DNA from: Acidimicrobiales bacterium
GTDB taxonomy: Bacteria > Actinomycetota > Acidimicrobiia > Acidimicrobiales > SZUA-35
Assembly (NCBI GenBank): GCA_050330635.1
Contig: JBHJNQ010000015.1
Span: 93,162 to 157,161 of the forward strand
Length of the DNA stretch: 64,000 bases
Reading direction: 5' to 3'
Shown here piece after piece: positions 40,726 through 50,313 of the stretch. The notes beneath the pieces were generated by a model. That model made no database searches. It was not told the DNA's origin and was given only the letters and a program-made list of their open reading frames with translations. The translations under genes and the position numbers were made by a program. The stretch's first letter is position 1; every line of letters begins with the position of its first letter.

Positions 40726-40744
40726 GGAGTTGCTGCGCAACTCC
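40726..40744 (+). terminator. 8-bp stem / 3-nt loop hairpin after the DUF1343 gene
   Basis: GGAGTTGC-tgc-GCAACTCC, 27 nt after the stop. No U tract. Confidence 0.35.
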
Positions 40745-40812
40745 TCCGGCGGTGCGGTTGCCACAGCTCGGACCGGCTGTACCAGTAGGCTCCGTCCGCC
40801 TACAAAGGACGT

Positions 40813-41469
40813 ATGAGCGACGCCCCAGCCCAGGCCGTGACCGAGCTGGACGACGCCGCCGATGCCCGACGACCCGAGCCCTTCGCCGGGCCCGACCACC
40901 CGATGCGTCGGGTGACCCGCCAGGTCGCCTTCGAGGGGGGCTGGTCACCGGAGCGGGCGGCCAAGGTGGGGGCCCTGTTCGACTCGATGGCGGCCGACTG
41001 GTCGGCCGATCACGTCGACGAGGTCAAGGCCGCTCCGCTGCGTGACGCCCTCGACCGGGGTGGCCTCGACCCCAGAGGCCGGTGGCTGGAACTGGGGTGT
41101 GGCACCGGGGCCGGGGCCCTCGTGTTGCACCCGACGGTGGCCGACCTCACCGCCGTCGACCTGTCGGCCGAGATGTTGGCCCACGCCCCCGACGTGGCCC
41201 CCCGGGTCAGGGCCGACGCCGCCGCCCTCCCGTTCGCCACGGCCGCCTTCGACACCGTCGTCATGGTCAACATGCTGCTGTTCCCCGGCGAGGTGGACCG
41301 GGTGCTGGGGGCGGGCGGGGCCGTGGTCTGGGTCAACACCCTGGGCGACCAGACCCCCATCCACCTCCCGCCCCACGACGTCGTCGCCGCCCTGCCCGGC
41401 CCCTGGTCGGGGGTCACGGCCCGGGCCGGCACGGGGTTCTGGGCCGTGCTCCGTCGCCGGTCGCCCTGA
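40813..41469 (+). CDS. class I SAM-dependent methyltransferase
   Basis: WLELGCGTGAGALVL, DLSAEML, FDTVVMVNML. Confidence 0.8.
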   Translation: MSDAPAQAVTELDDAADARRPEPFAGPDHPMRRVTRQVAFEGGWSPERAAKVGALFDSMAADWSADHVDEVKAAPLRDALDRGGLDPRGRWLELGCGTGAGALVLHPTVADLTAVDLSAEMLAHAPDVAPRVRADAAALPFATAAFDTVVMVNMLLFPGEVDRVLGAGGAVVWVNTLGDQTPIHLPPHDVVAALPGPWSGVTARAGTGFWAVLRRRSP

Positions 41470-41486
41470 CGCCGATCGGGCCAGGA

Positions 41487-42509
41487 TCAGGCGGTGGCGA
41501 GGCGGTCGGCAGCGGCCCGGCCCGACAGGTACGCCCCCTCCACCTTCGAGCCACCGAACCCGTCGCCGGCCAGCAGCAGCGGGCCGGGGTGCTCCACCGC
41601 CGTCACACACCGCTCCGGGTGGGGGGTGAGCGGCCCGGCGTAGCGCCACCGCTCGAACCGGTGCTCGACGATGGTGGCCGGGGCCACCACGGTGGCCGCC
41701 GCCGGAAGCAGCCGGTCGGCGACGGTGGCATCGTCGGCGTCCCACAGCTCGGCCGACAGGGCGTGGCTGGTGTGGAACGTCACGGCCGGCACGGGGCTGA
41801 TGCCCTTGGCCTGGTTGTCGGCCACGAAGCTGAACGTTGGATCGTCCGGCTGCTGCAGGGCTCCCGGGTCGGGCAGGGGGGAGCGACCGTCGAGCACCGT
41901 GAGTATCGCCACGACCCGGTGGTAGGGGTGGTCGTCGAGGACGGCCCGGCCGGTGGCGGTGGCGGCGGCCAGCACCGCCGGCGACAGCAACGCCGCCGTG
42001 GCCGGCGCCGGTGGGGTGGCGATCACGGCCGCCGCCCGGTCGACCGGTCTCACCCCGTCGGCGCCTCCGTCCCCGTCGCCGTAGGCCAGGCGCCAGCGGT
42101 CGCCGTCGATGTCGACGGTGGCGACGGAGACGCCGACGGCGATCGTCACCCCGGCGCCGATCAGCCCCTCGGCCAAATGGCGGGCCAGGGCCTGCATCCC
42201 ACCCCGCACCCGGTAGCGGGGATAGCCGTCGGGGACACCGAAGCCCCGGCACCACTCCTCGACGACACCGAGGGCGAGCCACCGGTCGACGTCGGAGGCC
42301 AGCTCCTCCGAGCGGACGGTGAAGAACTGGGCTCCGTGGTCGAGGGTGGCCCCGCCGAGGTGGGCGGTGGCCAGACGCCCGCCGACCTCGGGCCCGTCGT
42401 CGACGATCAGCAGCTCGTCGGGTGCGAGGGTACCGTTGGCCACGAGGCGGGTGCCGGCGGTCAGGCCGGCCAGGCCCGCTCCGATGATCACTGCGCGATG
42501 GTCGGCCAC
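41487..42509 (-). CDS. NAD(P)/FAD-dependent oxidoreductase (amine-oxidase/renalase-like)
   Basis: VIIGAGLAGLTAG dinucleotide fold; LLLAGDGFGG near the C-terminus. Confidence 0.8.
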   Translation of the reverse strand: MADHRAVIIGAGLAGLTAGTRLVANGTLAPDELLIVDDGPEVGGRLATAHLGGATLDHGAQFFTVRSEELASDVDRWLALGVVEEWCRGFGVPDGYPRYRVRGGMQALARHLAEGLIGAGVTIAVGVSVATVDIDGDRWRLAYGDGDGGADGVRPVDRAAAVIATPPAPATAALLSPAVLAAATATGRAVLDDHPYHRVVAILTVLDGRSPLPDPGALQQPDDPTFSFVADNQAKGISPVPAVTFHTSHALSAELWDADDATVADRLLPAAATVVAPATIVEHRFERWRYAGPLTPHPERCVTAVEHPGPLLLAGDGFGGSKVEGAYLSGRAAADRLATA

Positions 42510-42656
42510 GGCCTGCTCCCGGTTCGTTCCGTCGTCTGTCCCGTCGAGTCAAGCCTCGACCGCCGCCGGGCGCCACCTCGGGCCGGACGACACACTTTCT
42601 GTGCTTTTCGTCTCCAACGATTGTGGTCGCGACGAGAAGTGGCGATCCTTCCACGA

Positions 42657-44228
42657 ATGAGCCGCATCCTGGTCACCGAGACGATCGCCGAGAACGGCCT
42701 GGACAAGCTCCGGGCCGCCGGCCACGAGGTCGACATCCGTCTCGGTCTGTCGCCGGACGATCTCATCGGCGCGGTCAAGGGAGCCGAGGGGCTGATCATC
42801 CGCTCGGCCACCGAGGTCACCGTCGACGTGCTGCGGGCCGCCACCGAGCTGGTGGTCGTCGGGCGGGCCGGTATCGGCCTCGACAACGTCGACGTCGAGG
42901 CCGCCACCAAACAGGGCGTCCTCGTCGTCAACGCCCCCCAGTCGAACGTGGTGTCGGCCGCCGAGCAGACGATGGCCCTCATCCTGGCCCAGGCCCGCAA
43001 CGTGGCCCAGGCCCACTCGGCCCTCGTGGCCGGGCGGTGGGAGCGCAACAGCTGGAACGGCATCGAGCTCCAGAACAAGACGCTCGGCATCGTCGGCCTG
43101 GGCCGCATCGGCAAGCTGGTGGCCGAGCGGGCGGCGGCGTTCGGCATGCACCTCGTCGGCTTCGATCCCTACGTCTCCGAGGACCGGGCCCGGGAGATGG
43201 GCGTCGAGCTCGTTTCGCTCGACGACATGGCGGCCCGGGCCGACATCGTGACCGTCCACGTGGCCCGAACGCCGGAGACGACCGGCATCATCGGGGCCGA
43301 CTTCCTGGCCAAGGCCAAGGACGGTGTTCGCATCGTCAACGTGGCCCGTGGCGGCATCGTCGACGAGGAGGCGCTCCACGCCGCGCTGGTGTCGGGCAAG
43401 GTGGGCGGGGCCGGTCTCGACGTTTTCGTCACCGAGCCCTGCACCGACTCGCCGCTGTTCTGCCTCCCCAACGTGGTCGTCACCCCCCATCTCGGGGCCT
43501 CGACCAACGAGGCTCAGGAGCGGGCCGGCATCACGATCGCCGAGCAGGTGGCGCTGGCCCTCGCCGGCGACTTCGTGCCGTTCGCCGTCAACATCGACGC
43601 CGCCGAGCTGGCCGGCACGATGGAACCCTTCCTCCCGCTGGCCGAACAGCTCGGAGCGCTCCTCGGGGCCCTCGGCCGCGACGGTGTCGGGTCGAGGCTG
43701 GAGGTCGTGTTCCAGGGCGAGATCGGGGGCTACGACAACCGGCTGGTCGCCCTGGCGGCGGCCAAGGGCCTGGCCTCGCAGCTCGTCGACGAGCCGGTGT
43801 CGTTCGTCAACGCCGCCGGTCTCCTCGACGAACTGGGGATCAGCCTGGAGGTCACGGCGTCGTCGCGCTCGCTCGACTACGTGAACCGGCTGGCGGTGGC
43901 GGGCGAGCACCGGCAGCTGGCCGCCACGCTGATCGGGCTGCGCGACGAGGCCCGCATCGTCCAGATCGACGATCACATCATCGACGTGCCGCCCTCGGAC
44001 CACATGCTGATCGTCCGCAACGACGACCGTCCCGGCGTGATCGGCGTCGTCGGCACCATCCTCGGGAACGCCGGGGTCAACATCGACAACATGGATGTGG
44101 GCCGGGCCGAGGACGGAGCCTCGGCCCTCATGGTCATCGACGTGACCACGTCGCCCGATCCGCAGGTGCTCGATGCGCTGCGGGCCGCCGACGGTGTGCT
44201 GTCGGTCGATCTCATCGACCTCGGCTGA
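42657..44228 (+). CDS. serA: D-3-phosphoglycerate dehydrogenase (long form with ASB and ACT domains)
   Basis: GIVGLGRIGKLVA, VNVARGGIVDE, TPHLGAST, C-terminal ACT (MLIVRNDDRPGVIGVVGTILG). Confidence 0.95.
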   Translation: MSRILVTETIAENGLDKLRAAGHEVDIRLGLSPDDLIGAVKGAEGLIIRSATEVTVDVLRAATELVVVGRAGIGLDNVDVEAATKQGVLVVNAPQSNVVSAAEQTMALILAQARNVAQAHSALVAGRWERNSWNGIELQNKTLGIVGLGRIGKLVAERAAAFGMHLVGFDPYVSEDRAREMGVELVSLDDMAARADIVTVHVARTPETTGIIGADFLAKAKDGVRIVNVARGGIVDEEALHAALVSGKVGGAGLDVFVTEPCTDSPLFCLPNVVVTPHLGASTNEAQERAGITIAEQVALALAGDFVPFAVNIDAAELAGTMEPFLPLAEQLGALLGALGRDGVGSRLEVVFQGEIGGYDNRLVALAAAKGLASQLVDEPVSFVNAAGLLDELGISLEVTASSRSLDYVNRLAVAGEHRQLAATLIGLRDEARIVQIDDHIIDVPPSDHMLIVRNDDRPGVIGVVGTILGNAGVNIDNMDVGRAEDGASALMVIDVTTSPDPQVLDALRAADGVLSVDLIDLG

Positions 44229-44241
44229 TCTCTCCACCGCT

Positions 44242-44273
44242 CGGCGGGGCCGGGGTGATCCCCGGCCCCGCCG
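44242..44273. terminator. bidirectional terminator hairpin between convergent genes
   Basis: Perfect 14-bp GC stem, CGGCGGGGCCGGGG-tgat-CCCCGGCCCCGCCG, between the serA stop (44228) and the stop of the minus-strand gene (44279). Confidence 0.6.
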
Positions 44274-44278
44274 CCCGG

Positions 44279-46591
44279 TCAGCGCGAGCCGAAGCGGATC
44301 CAGGTGACCTCGGACAGTCCGTCGAAGCGGTTCACCTTCACCCCGGCGTCGCTGACCGTGAACAGGTCCCCGTCGATCACCATCGACCGGGTGATCTGCG
44401 GTGTCCACAGGTAGCAGTAGTCCTCGGGGGCGATGGCTCGCCCGACGGCGGGGTCGTCCTCGGCCTCGACGACCGGCGACGCCTCGCCGTCGCCCTGCTC
44501 CTCGGCGAACGAGGCCTCGGCATCGGTGGACGTGGTCTCGGGCGTCGGGGCCTCGCGCGTGGTGGTCTCGGCGGTGGTGGTGGTTCCGTCGTCGTCGCCC
44601 TCGCCCCCGCCGTCGACCGGCTGGTCTCCCTCGAGGATGATGGGCCCCTCGCACTGCTCGCTCGAGGGATGGGAGATCCGACCGAGCTCGGTCAGCTCAC
44701 CGGCCGGATCGACGCTGATCACCACGGCGTCCGATCCGTTGGCGTCCACGCCCCGCAGCCCGTCGTAGGCCCACCAGCTGACGGGCACGACGGCCGTGCC
44801 GTCCCAGTAGGTGAAGGCCTTGGCGTCGTCGGCAACGGGGCTGTAGCTGTCGCCCTGCAGGCCCTGGGCGAGGGCCCGATCGAGCCGCAGCACGGCCGTC
44901 CGGGTCGGGGCCGACGGGTCGCTCACGTCGAACAGCGACACGACCGCCCCGGCGGTCCGCCCCTCGTCGTCGCCGTCGGTGCCGACCCCGAGGAGGTGAC
45001 CCTCATCGAGGGGGTGGAGGTAGCTCGAGAACCCGGGGATCTTCAGCTCGCCCCGGACGGTGGGATCGGTGGGATCGGTCAGGTCGACGACGTAGAGCGG
45101 GTCGATCTGCTCGAAGGTGACGACGTAGCCCAGGTCGCCGAGGAAGCGCACGGCGAAGATCTGTTCTCCCTTGCCCAGCCCGCCGACCTGGCCGACCTGG
45201 CGGAGGGCGTCGCCCTCCTCGGCCAGGACGGTGACGAAGCTCTCGCTCTCGCCCGACCCGCCCCACCACGGGGCACCGTCGGTGGTGGCCACCCGGAGGT
45301 GGCCCTCGTACTCGGACAGGCTGTACTGGTTCAGGAGGTGACCGCGCACCGAACCGGAGGCCACGTAGTCGGCCCGGGCCGGGTCGGTGATGTCGAAGGT
45401 GTGGATGGCGGTGCTGTAGTCGTGGCCGTCGTCGTCCTCGACGACCCCGCCGGGACCGTAGGTCGGCCAGCGGGGGGTGGCCACCGCCACCCGGTCGGTG
45501 GAGGCGTAGACGGTCTGGGCGTCGGTGAACACCGACACCGCGTCGTTGATCTGCAGACCGTCGTCGAGGTCGGTGGTCAGCATGATGAGGGAGCCGAACC
45601 CGGCGAACTCCGCTGGCAGGTGGACCCGCTGGCAGTCGACCAGCGAACCCTCGACCACCGTCTCGCCATCCTCGACGATCCGGTAGGTGGGCAGCCACTG
45701 ATCGATCGTCGACTCCTCGATCAGGGCCCGGTTGGCCTGTTCGGCGGAGTCGTTGGCCCCCTCGTTCGAGGGGTACACGAAGGCGAACCGGTTGGCCGAG
45801 GCGGACAGCACGATGCGGATGGTGCCGTCGATCTCCCGGGCCGACAGGTAGCCGCCCTCGAACTCGAGGGTGCGGACGACCCGACCGCCGGCCAGGTCGA
45901 TCTCGGTGAGGCGACCGGTGGGGGAGCCGGGGTACCAGTCGACCGGGACGGAACGGGCGAGGAACGGCTGCGCCGTCCAGCCGCTGGTCATGATGAGGGC
46001 CCGGTCGCCGTCGAGGAAGAGTTGGCCGCCCCACACGTCCTCCGGCAGGTCGACCACCTTGTCGAGGCGGGGCTCGTCGCCGGTCACGTCGATCACCTGC
46101 AGGGTGTTGCCGCTGACGACGACCAGTCGGCGGCCGTCGGTCTTGACGAGGTCGGCCTCGTCGACGCCCCGCTCCTGGTTGTTGGTGCCGGAGATTCCGC
46201 CCTCACCGGTGGCGGTGTCGGCCGAGGCGTCGCCGGCGGCGAGCCCGGGGGCGGCGGCCCCGGACTCGCTCTCGGCGGCGGCGGTGGTCGTCTCGGCGCC
46301 GTCGGTGGCCCTGGCCGTCCCCTCGAGGGGGATGACCCCGCCGCCCTGGTCGAATCCGTAGGGGCCGACCCGCTCCACCGCCTCGTCCTTTATCCGCTCG
46401 AGGAGAGTGTCGCAGCTGTCTACGGTGACCAGGGCCGACGTGAGGACGAGGTCGTCGGCGTCGAGATCGGTCGAGCCCCGGGTGGTCGTCGGCCCGGCGT
46501 CGCCGCTGCCCGACGAGGTGCAGGCGGAGAGCCCGAGCAGGCCGGCCACGAGGGCCGGTGCGATGCGGAGCGGTCTCTTGAGGCTGGTCAT
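44279..46591 (-). CDS. secreted beta-propeller domain lipoprotein (PF09826-like)
   Basis: MTSLKRPLRIAPALVAGLLGLSAC lipobox. IFAVRFLGDLGYVVTFEQIDPLYVVDLTDPTDPTVRGELKIPGFSSYLHPL is the hallmark stretch of this family. Acidic Thr/Glu-rich insert near the C-terminus. Confidence 0.85.
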   Translation of the reverse strand: MTSLKRPLRIAPALVAGLLGLSACTSSGSGDAGPTTTRGSTDLDADDLVLTSALVTVDSCDTLLERIKDEAVERVGPYGFDQGGGVIPLEGTARATDGAETTTAAAESESGAAAPGLAAGDASADTATGEGGISGTNNQERGVDEADLVKTDGRRLVVVSGNTLQVIDVTGDEPRLDKVVDLPEDVWGGQLFLDGDRALIMTSGWTAQPFLARSVPVDWYPGSPTGRLTEIDLAGGRVVRTLEFEGGYLSAREIDGTIRIVLSASANRFAFVYPSNEGANDSAEQANRALIEESTIDQWLPTYRIVEDGETVVEGSLVDCQRVHLPAEFAGFGSLIMLTTDLDDGLQINDAVSVFTDAQTVYASTDRVAVATPRWPTYGPGGVVEDDDGHDYSTAIHTFDITDPARADYVASGSVRGHLLNQYSLSEYEGHLRVATTDGAPWWGGSGESESFVTVLAEEGDALRQVGQVGGLGKGEQIFAVRFLGDLGYVVTFEQIDPLYVVDLTDPTDPTVRGELKIPGFSSYLHPLDEGHLLGVGTDGDDEGRTAGAVVSLFDVSDPSAPTRTAVLRLDRALAQGLQGDSYSPVADDAKAFTYWDGTAVVPVSWWAYDGLRGVDANGSDAVVISVDPAGELTELGRISHPSSEQCEGPIILEGDQPVDGGGEGDDDGTTTTAETTTREAPTPETTSTDAEASFAEEQGDGEASPVVEAEDDPAVGRAIAPEDYCYLWTPQITRSMVIDGDLFTVSDAGVKVNRFDGLSEVTWIRFGSR

Positions 46592-46862
46592 TGGTCGTCT
46601 CTCTCGTCGCCGGCGGCGCAGGGGTGTTCCCATCGGCCGTGCTGATCGGTTCGGTACCGCTACGACGATGGGTGGTCGGCATCCGGTTCCCGGCCGACGG
46701 CGGAAACCCATGGGCTGTCATCGAATCGACATGCGGCTCGGGTCCCCGGTCCGGCCCTCGGGGCGATGGCGCCGGTCGCCCGCTGGCGATGGTAGGACAC
46801 CACCCGTAGGGTGGGGGTCACCCCCGAGGGGTGGGGCCGACCAGCGACAAGAGGATCGAACC

Positions 46863-47771
46863 ATGGGACTGCTCGACGGCAAGGTGGCCATCGTGACCGG
46901 GGGCGGGCGGGGGCTGGGCCGCAGCCACGCCCTCCTGCTGGCGGCCGAGGGGGCCGCCGTCGTCGTCAACGACCTCGGCGGCGAGTGGGACGGCACGGGG
47001 GCCGACAACCGGGCCGCCTCCGAGGTGGTGGAGGAGATCACCACCGCCGGCGGGCGGGCCGTGGCCAACTTCGACGACGTGGCCGACTGGGAAGGGGGGC
47101 AACGCCTCGTCAACCAGGCCATCGAGGCGTTCGGCGGACTCGACGCCCTCGTCTGCAACGCCGGCTTCGTCCGGGACCGCACCGTGTTCAACATGAGCGA
47201 GGCCGAGTGGGACTCGGTCGTCCGGGTGCACCTGAAGGGCCACTTCGTGCCCACCCGATGGGCCACCACGTACTGGCGGGAACGGTTCAAGGAGACCGAG
47301 GAGCCGGTCGGGGGGCGGATCGTGTTCACCGCCTCGGAGGCCGGTCTCTACGGCAACGCCGGTCAGCCCAACTACTCGGCGGCCAAGGCCGGGATCGCCT
47401 CGCTGGGCATCGTCGTGGCCCGCGAGGTGGGTCGCTACGGCGTGACGTGCAACACGATCAACCCTCGGGCCAGGACGAGGATGACGGTCAACACCTTCGG
47501 AGCGGATCGCCTGACGGGGGCCGAAGGCGAGTTCGACGTCAACGACCCCGACAACGTCTCGCCGTGGGTGGCCTACCTGTGCAGCGACCACGCCGCCGAC
47601 ATCACCGGCCAGACGTTCGTGGTCGGCGGTGACACCGTGGCTCTGATGGAGGGCTGGACCCGGGCCAACCGGATCCGCAAGGGCAAGGACCGGTGGACCC
47701 CGGCCGAGCTGGTCGAGGCCCGGGCCGAGCTGTTCGGCGACCGGCCCACCGGCCCCCCCAAGTTCGGCTGA
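46863..47771 (+). CDS. SDR-family oxidoreductase
   Basis: VAIVTGGGRGLG, NAGF, YSAAKAG (YxxxK). Confidence 0.9.
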   Translation: MGLLDGKVAIVTGGGRGLGRSHALLLAAEGAAVVVNDLGGEWDGTGADNRAASEVVEEITTAGGRAVANFDDVADWEGGQRLVNQAIEAFGGLDALVCNAGFVRDRTVFNMSEAEWDSVVRVHLKGHFVPTRWATTYWRERFKETEEPVGGRIVFTASEAGLYGNAGQPNYSAAKAGIASLGIVVAREVGRYGVTCNTINPRARTRMTVNTFGADRLTGAEGEFDVNDPDNVSPWVAYLCSDHAADITGQTFVVGGDTVALMEGWTRANRIRKGKDRWTPAELVEARAELFGDRPTGPPKFG

Positions 47772-47888
47772 CCCGCCGCTCCGCCCCCGGGGTCCGGTGG
47801 TGGGGTGGCCCGAACGCCCGAAACGGGTGTCGACGAAGCCGGGCACTAGGCTCGGCCCATCATCGACTTCTCCGACGACGACCACCGG

Positions 47889-48614
47889 TTGGCGGCCGAG
47901 CTGGCCGACCTGGCGGGCCGGGCCCTGGTCGAGCTGCGCGACGATCCGCACAGCCGCCACGATCCGTGGATGCTGCGCGACCGGGGTGACCAGGTGGCGC
48001 ACGACCTGCTGGTCGAGCACCTGGGGCGCTGCCGCCCGACCGACATCGTGATGTCGGAGGAGGGGGCCGAGGACCGCCGCCGCTTCGACGCCGAGCGGTG
48101 CTGGATCATCGATCCCCTCGACGGTACCCACGACTACCCCTACACCGACTCGATCGAGTGGGCGGTCCACGTCGCCCTCGTCGAGGACCAGCGGCCGACG
48201 GCGGCCGCCGTCGCCATCCCCGGTCTGGGTCGGGTCTTCGCCACCGACCTCGACGGACCCGACAAGCGGGAGGCCCGCCACCAACCCCTGATCATCAGCG
48301 GCCGTTCCAACGCCTACCTGGCCTCGGCCGTCGCCGACGAGCTCGGCGGGCGTCTCACCGCCTGCGGCTCGTCGGGGGGGAAGGCGATGCTGGTGGTCAG
48401 CGGCGCGGTCGACGTGTACGTCCATTCGAGCGGCCTGTGGGAGTGGGACGTGTGCGCCCCGGCGGCGGTGGCGGCGGCAGCCGGCATGGTGGTCACCGAC
48501 CTCGACGGCGACCAGATCGTGTACAACAAGCCGCGGCCGATCGTCCGGGGCTTCGTCGTCAGCCGCCCGGAGTACGCCGACGAGGTCAGGTTGGCCATCG
48601 CCGCTGCGCTCTGA
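47889..48614 (+). CDS. cysQ: inositol monophosphatase / 3'(2'),5'-bisphosphate nucleotidase family
   Basis: MSEEG, WIIDPLDGTHDY, WEWDVCA. Only a TTG start is available after the in-frame stop at 47847. Confidence 0.7.
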   Translation: MAAELADLAGRALVELRDDPHSRHDPWMLRDRGDQVAHDLLVEHLGRCRPTDIVMSEEGAEDRRRFDAERCWIIDPLDGTHDYPYTDSIEWAVHVALVEDQRPTAAAVAIPGLGRVFATDLDGPDKREARHQPLIISGRSNAYLASAVADELGGRLTACGSSGGKAMLVVSGAVDVYVHSSGLWEWDVCAPAAVAAAAGMVVTDLDGDQIVYNKPRPIVRGFVVSRPEYADEVRLAIAAAL

Positions 48615-48739
48615 CCCGGGCGTGGTGGCATGGGGACGTCCGCCCCTGCCGCTGGCGGCGGCATCCTTCGGGCATACTGGATGGTAAGGCCCCGGGCCGA
48701 CGGTCGGCCGGGCTGAGTGGGCGCCCAGTGCCCGGGGAG

Positions 48740-49558
48740 ATGACGATGACTGCCACTCGCAGGCCACATGTGGCCCTTCTCCTGGCGTTCGCCCTCATGG
48801 TCGGCGCCTGCGGCGACGACGACGGGGCGGCCGACGACGCGACGACGTCGACCGACGACACGGGTGCGACGACCACCACGGCCGACTCGTCGACGACGGC
48901 CGACGGCTCGTCGACGACGACCGACGAGTCGACCACCTCGGCCGCCGACGGTACGACCACGACGGCCGACGGGTCATCGACGACCGCCGACGTCGATCTC
49001 GGTCAACCCGCCATCTGGCCCGATGCGGGCACGACGTTCGCCACCCCGGAGGAGGCGGCCGAGGACTTCGTCGAGCAGGTTCTCGGCGTGCCCCCGACCC
49101 TCGGTGAGTTCATGCAGGGTGACAGCCGTAGCGGAGAGATCGAGGTGTTCAGCCCGGGGGAGGGTGGCTCGACCCAGATCGCTCGCAGCGTCCTGCTGCT
49201 GCGGCAGCTCGGCCCCGACGACGGCTGGTTCGTGCTGGGCGCCGTCAACGCCAACATGACGATCGACTCGCCCCAGTCGGCGGCCACCGTCGCCGCCGGT
49301 GACCTCGCCGTCGACGGCACGGGCCGCGGCTTCGAGGGCACGGTGGTGGTGGAGGCCTTCGTGGCCGGCGACGGCACCGCCGTCGATCAGCAGATCGCCC
49401 AGGGCGGGTCGATGGAGGACAGCGAACCCTTCTCGGTGACGCTCGACCTGTCGGCCGCCCAGCCCGGCGACACCGTGATGGTGCTCATCCGCGGCGGCGT
49501 CGGCCTCGAGACCGACCCCGGCGAGTTCAGCGCCATTCCGGTCGTCGTCGAGGGCTGA
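48740..49558 (+). CDS. secreted lipoprotein with Thr/Ser/Asp-rich linker and Gmad2-like Ig domain
   Basis: Lipobox LAFALMVGAC. Low-complexity (ADGSSTT)n linker. C-terminal VDGTGRGFEGTVVVEAF...PFSVTLDL. Confidence 0.65.
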   Translation: MTMTATRRPHVALLLAFALMVGACGDDDGAADDATTSTDDTGATTTTADSSTTADGSSTTTDESTTSAADGTTTTADGSSTTADVDLGQPAIWPDAGTTFATPEEAAEDFVEQVLGVPPTLGEFMQGDSRSGEIEVFSPGEGGSTQIARSVLLLRQLGPDDGWFVLGAVNANMTIDSPQSAATVAAGDLAVDGTGRGFEGTVVVEAFVAGDGTAVDQQIAQGGSMEDSEPFSVTLDLSAAQPGDTVMVLIRGGVGLETDPGEFSAIPVVVEG

Positions 49559-49653
49559 CCGGACCGGCCGGAGGTCGGCATTCGGGAGTTGCGCTCGGGA
49601 AGCTTTCGCCCGCTTCCGACGACTCACCGGTCGATGAGCGACACGGTCACCCG

Positions 49654-49956
49654 CTACGACCTCGATGCCGGTGCCGCCTCGGTGGCGGCGATCGAAGCCG
49701 GAATCCTCACACCTGTGAGGCGGCGCGCCTCAACCTCGCCCACCACGGGCGCGGTCATGGCGTCGGCCATGCTGCCCTCCTCGCCGAACTCGATGCCTAC
49801 CGGCGCACGGTCGACGGTCGCCTCGACGAGTGGGCGGAGGCCGGCCGCCTGCTGGCCGACGTCCTCCACCGACAGCACGAGGAGCTGGCCACCGACGCCG
49901 AGCCCGGCCTCGGCGGGGGCCGCACCGGGGTGTGGGGCCGGATCCGATGAGCTCAC
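49654..49956 (-). CDS. hypothetical protein (strand and frame ambiguous; see findings)
   Basis: Intact 100-codon GTG ORF with high GC3. The mirror plus-strand frame is equally coding-like, so this call is weak. Confidence 0.25.
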   Translation of the reverse strand: MSSSDPAPHPGAAPAEAGLGVGGQLLVLSVEDVGQQAAGLRPLVEATVDRAPVGIEFGEEGSMADAMTAPVVGEVEARRLTGVRIPASIAATEAAPASRS

Positions 49957-50010
49957 CCCTCGTCGCTCCGGCCCTGCGAACCGATCCCGCCGACCTCACC
50001 GCCGCTCGGT

Positions 50011-50313
50011 TTGCGTCTCCGACTCCTGGCCGAGAAGGCCACCGCCGCCGTCGACGGGGTGGCGGCGCTCCTGGAGGAGTACCGGGACATCCATCGGGGG
50101 CCCGACATCACCACGATCGCCGACGGGGGAGCGGCCCTGGTGAATCGAGCGTGGGGTTGGGTCACCGTCGGTGCCGACGAGCGCGAGCTGACCTCGGTGG
50201 TGGCGGGCGACTCGGTCGCGATCGAGGGCTGGACGATGCCCGTGGGCAAGGTCGGGGGCGGCGCGGCCTTCTTCGTCGTCGTCGACCCGGACGGCCGGGC
50301 CCGGGTCGGCTGA
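50011..50313 (+). CDS. hypothetical protein
   Basis: High-GC3 ORF (…LAEKATAAVDGVAALLEEYRDIHRGPDITTIADGG…AAFFVVVDPDG). TTG start; the frame is open from 49951. Confidence 0.4.
   Translation: MRLRLLAEKATAAVDGVAALLEEYRDIHRGPDITTIADGGAALVNRAWGWVTVGADERELTSVVAGDSVAIEGWTMPVGKVGGGAAFFVVVDPDGRARVG

Noticed and set aside
42623-46645. 1340-aa plus-strand ORF, the largest in the track.
   Set aside because: It runs out of frame over serA and antisense over the beta-propeller gene. Its composition is dominated by R/G/P/A/D, with no motifs. The serA and PF09826-like readings explain the region.
49948-49950. In-frame TGA between two coding-like stretches as selenocysteine or programmed readthrough.
   Set aside because: No SECIS-like hairpin follows. 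The 60 nt after the TGA translate poorly (Pro/Ser-rich). Two adjacent genes sharing a frame occurs by chance one time in three.
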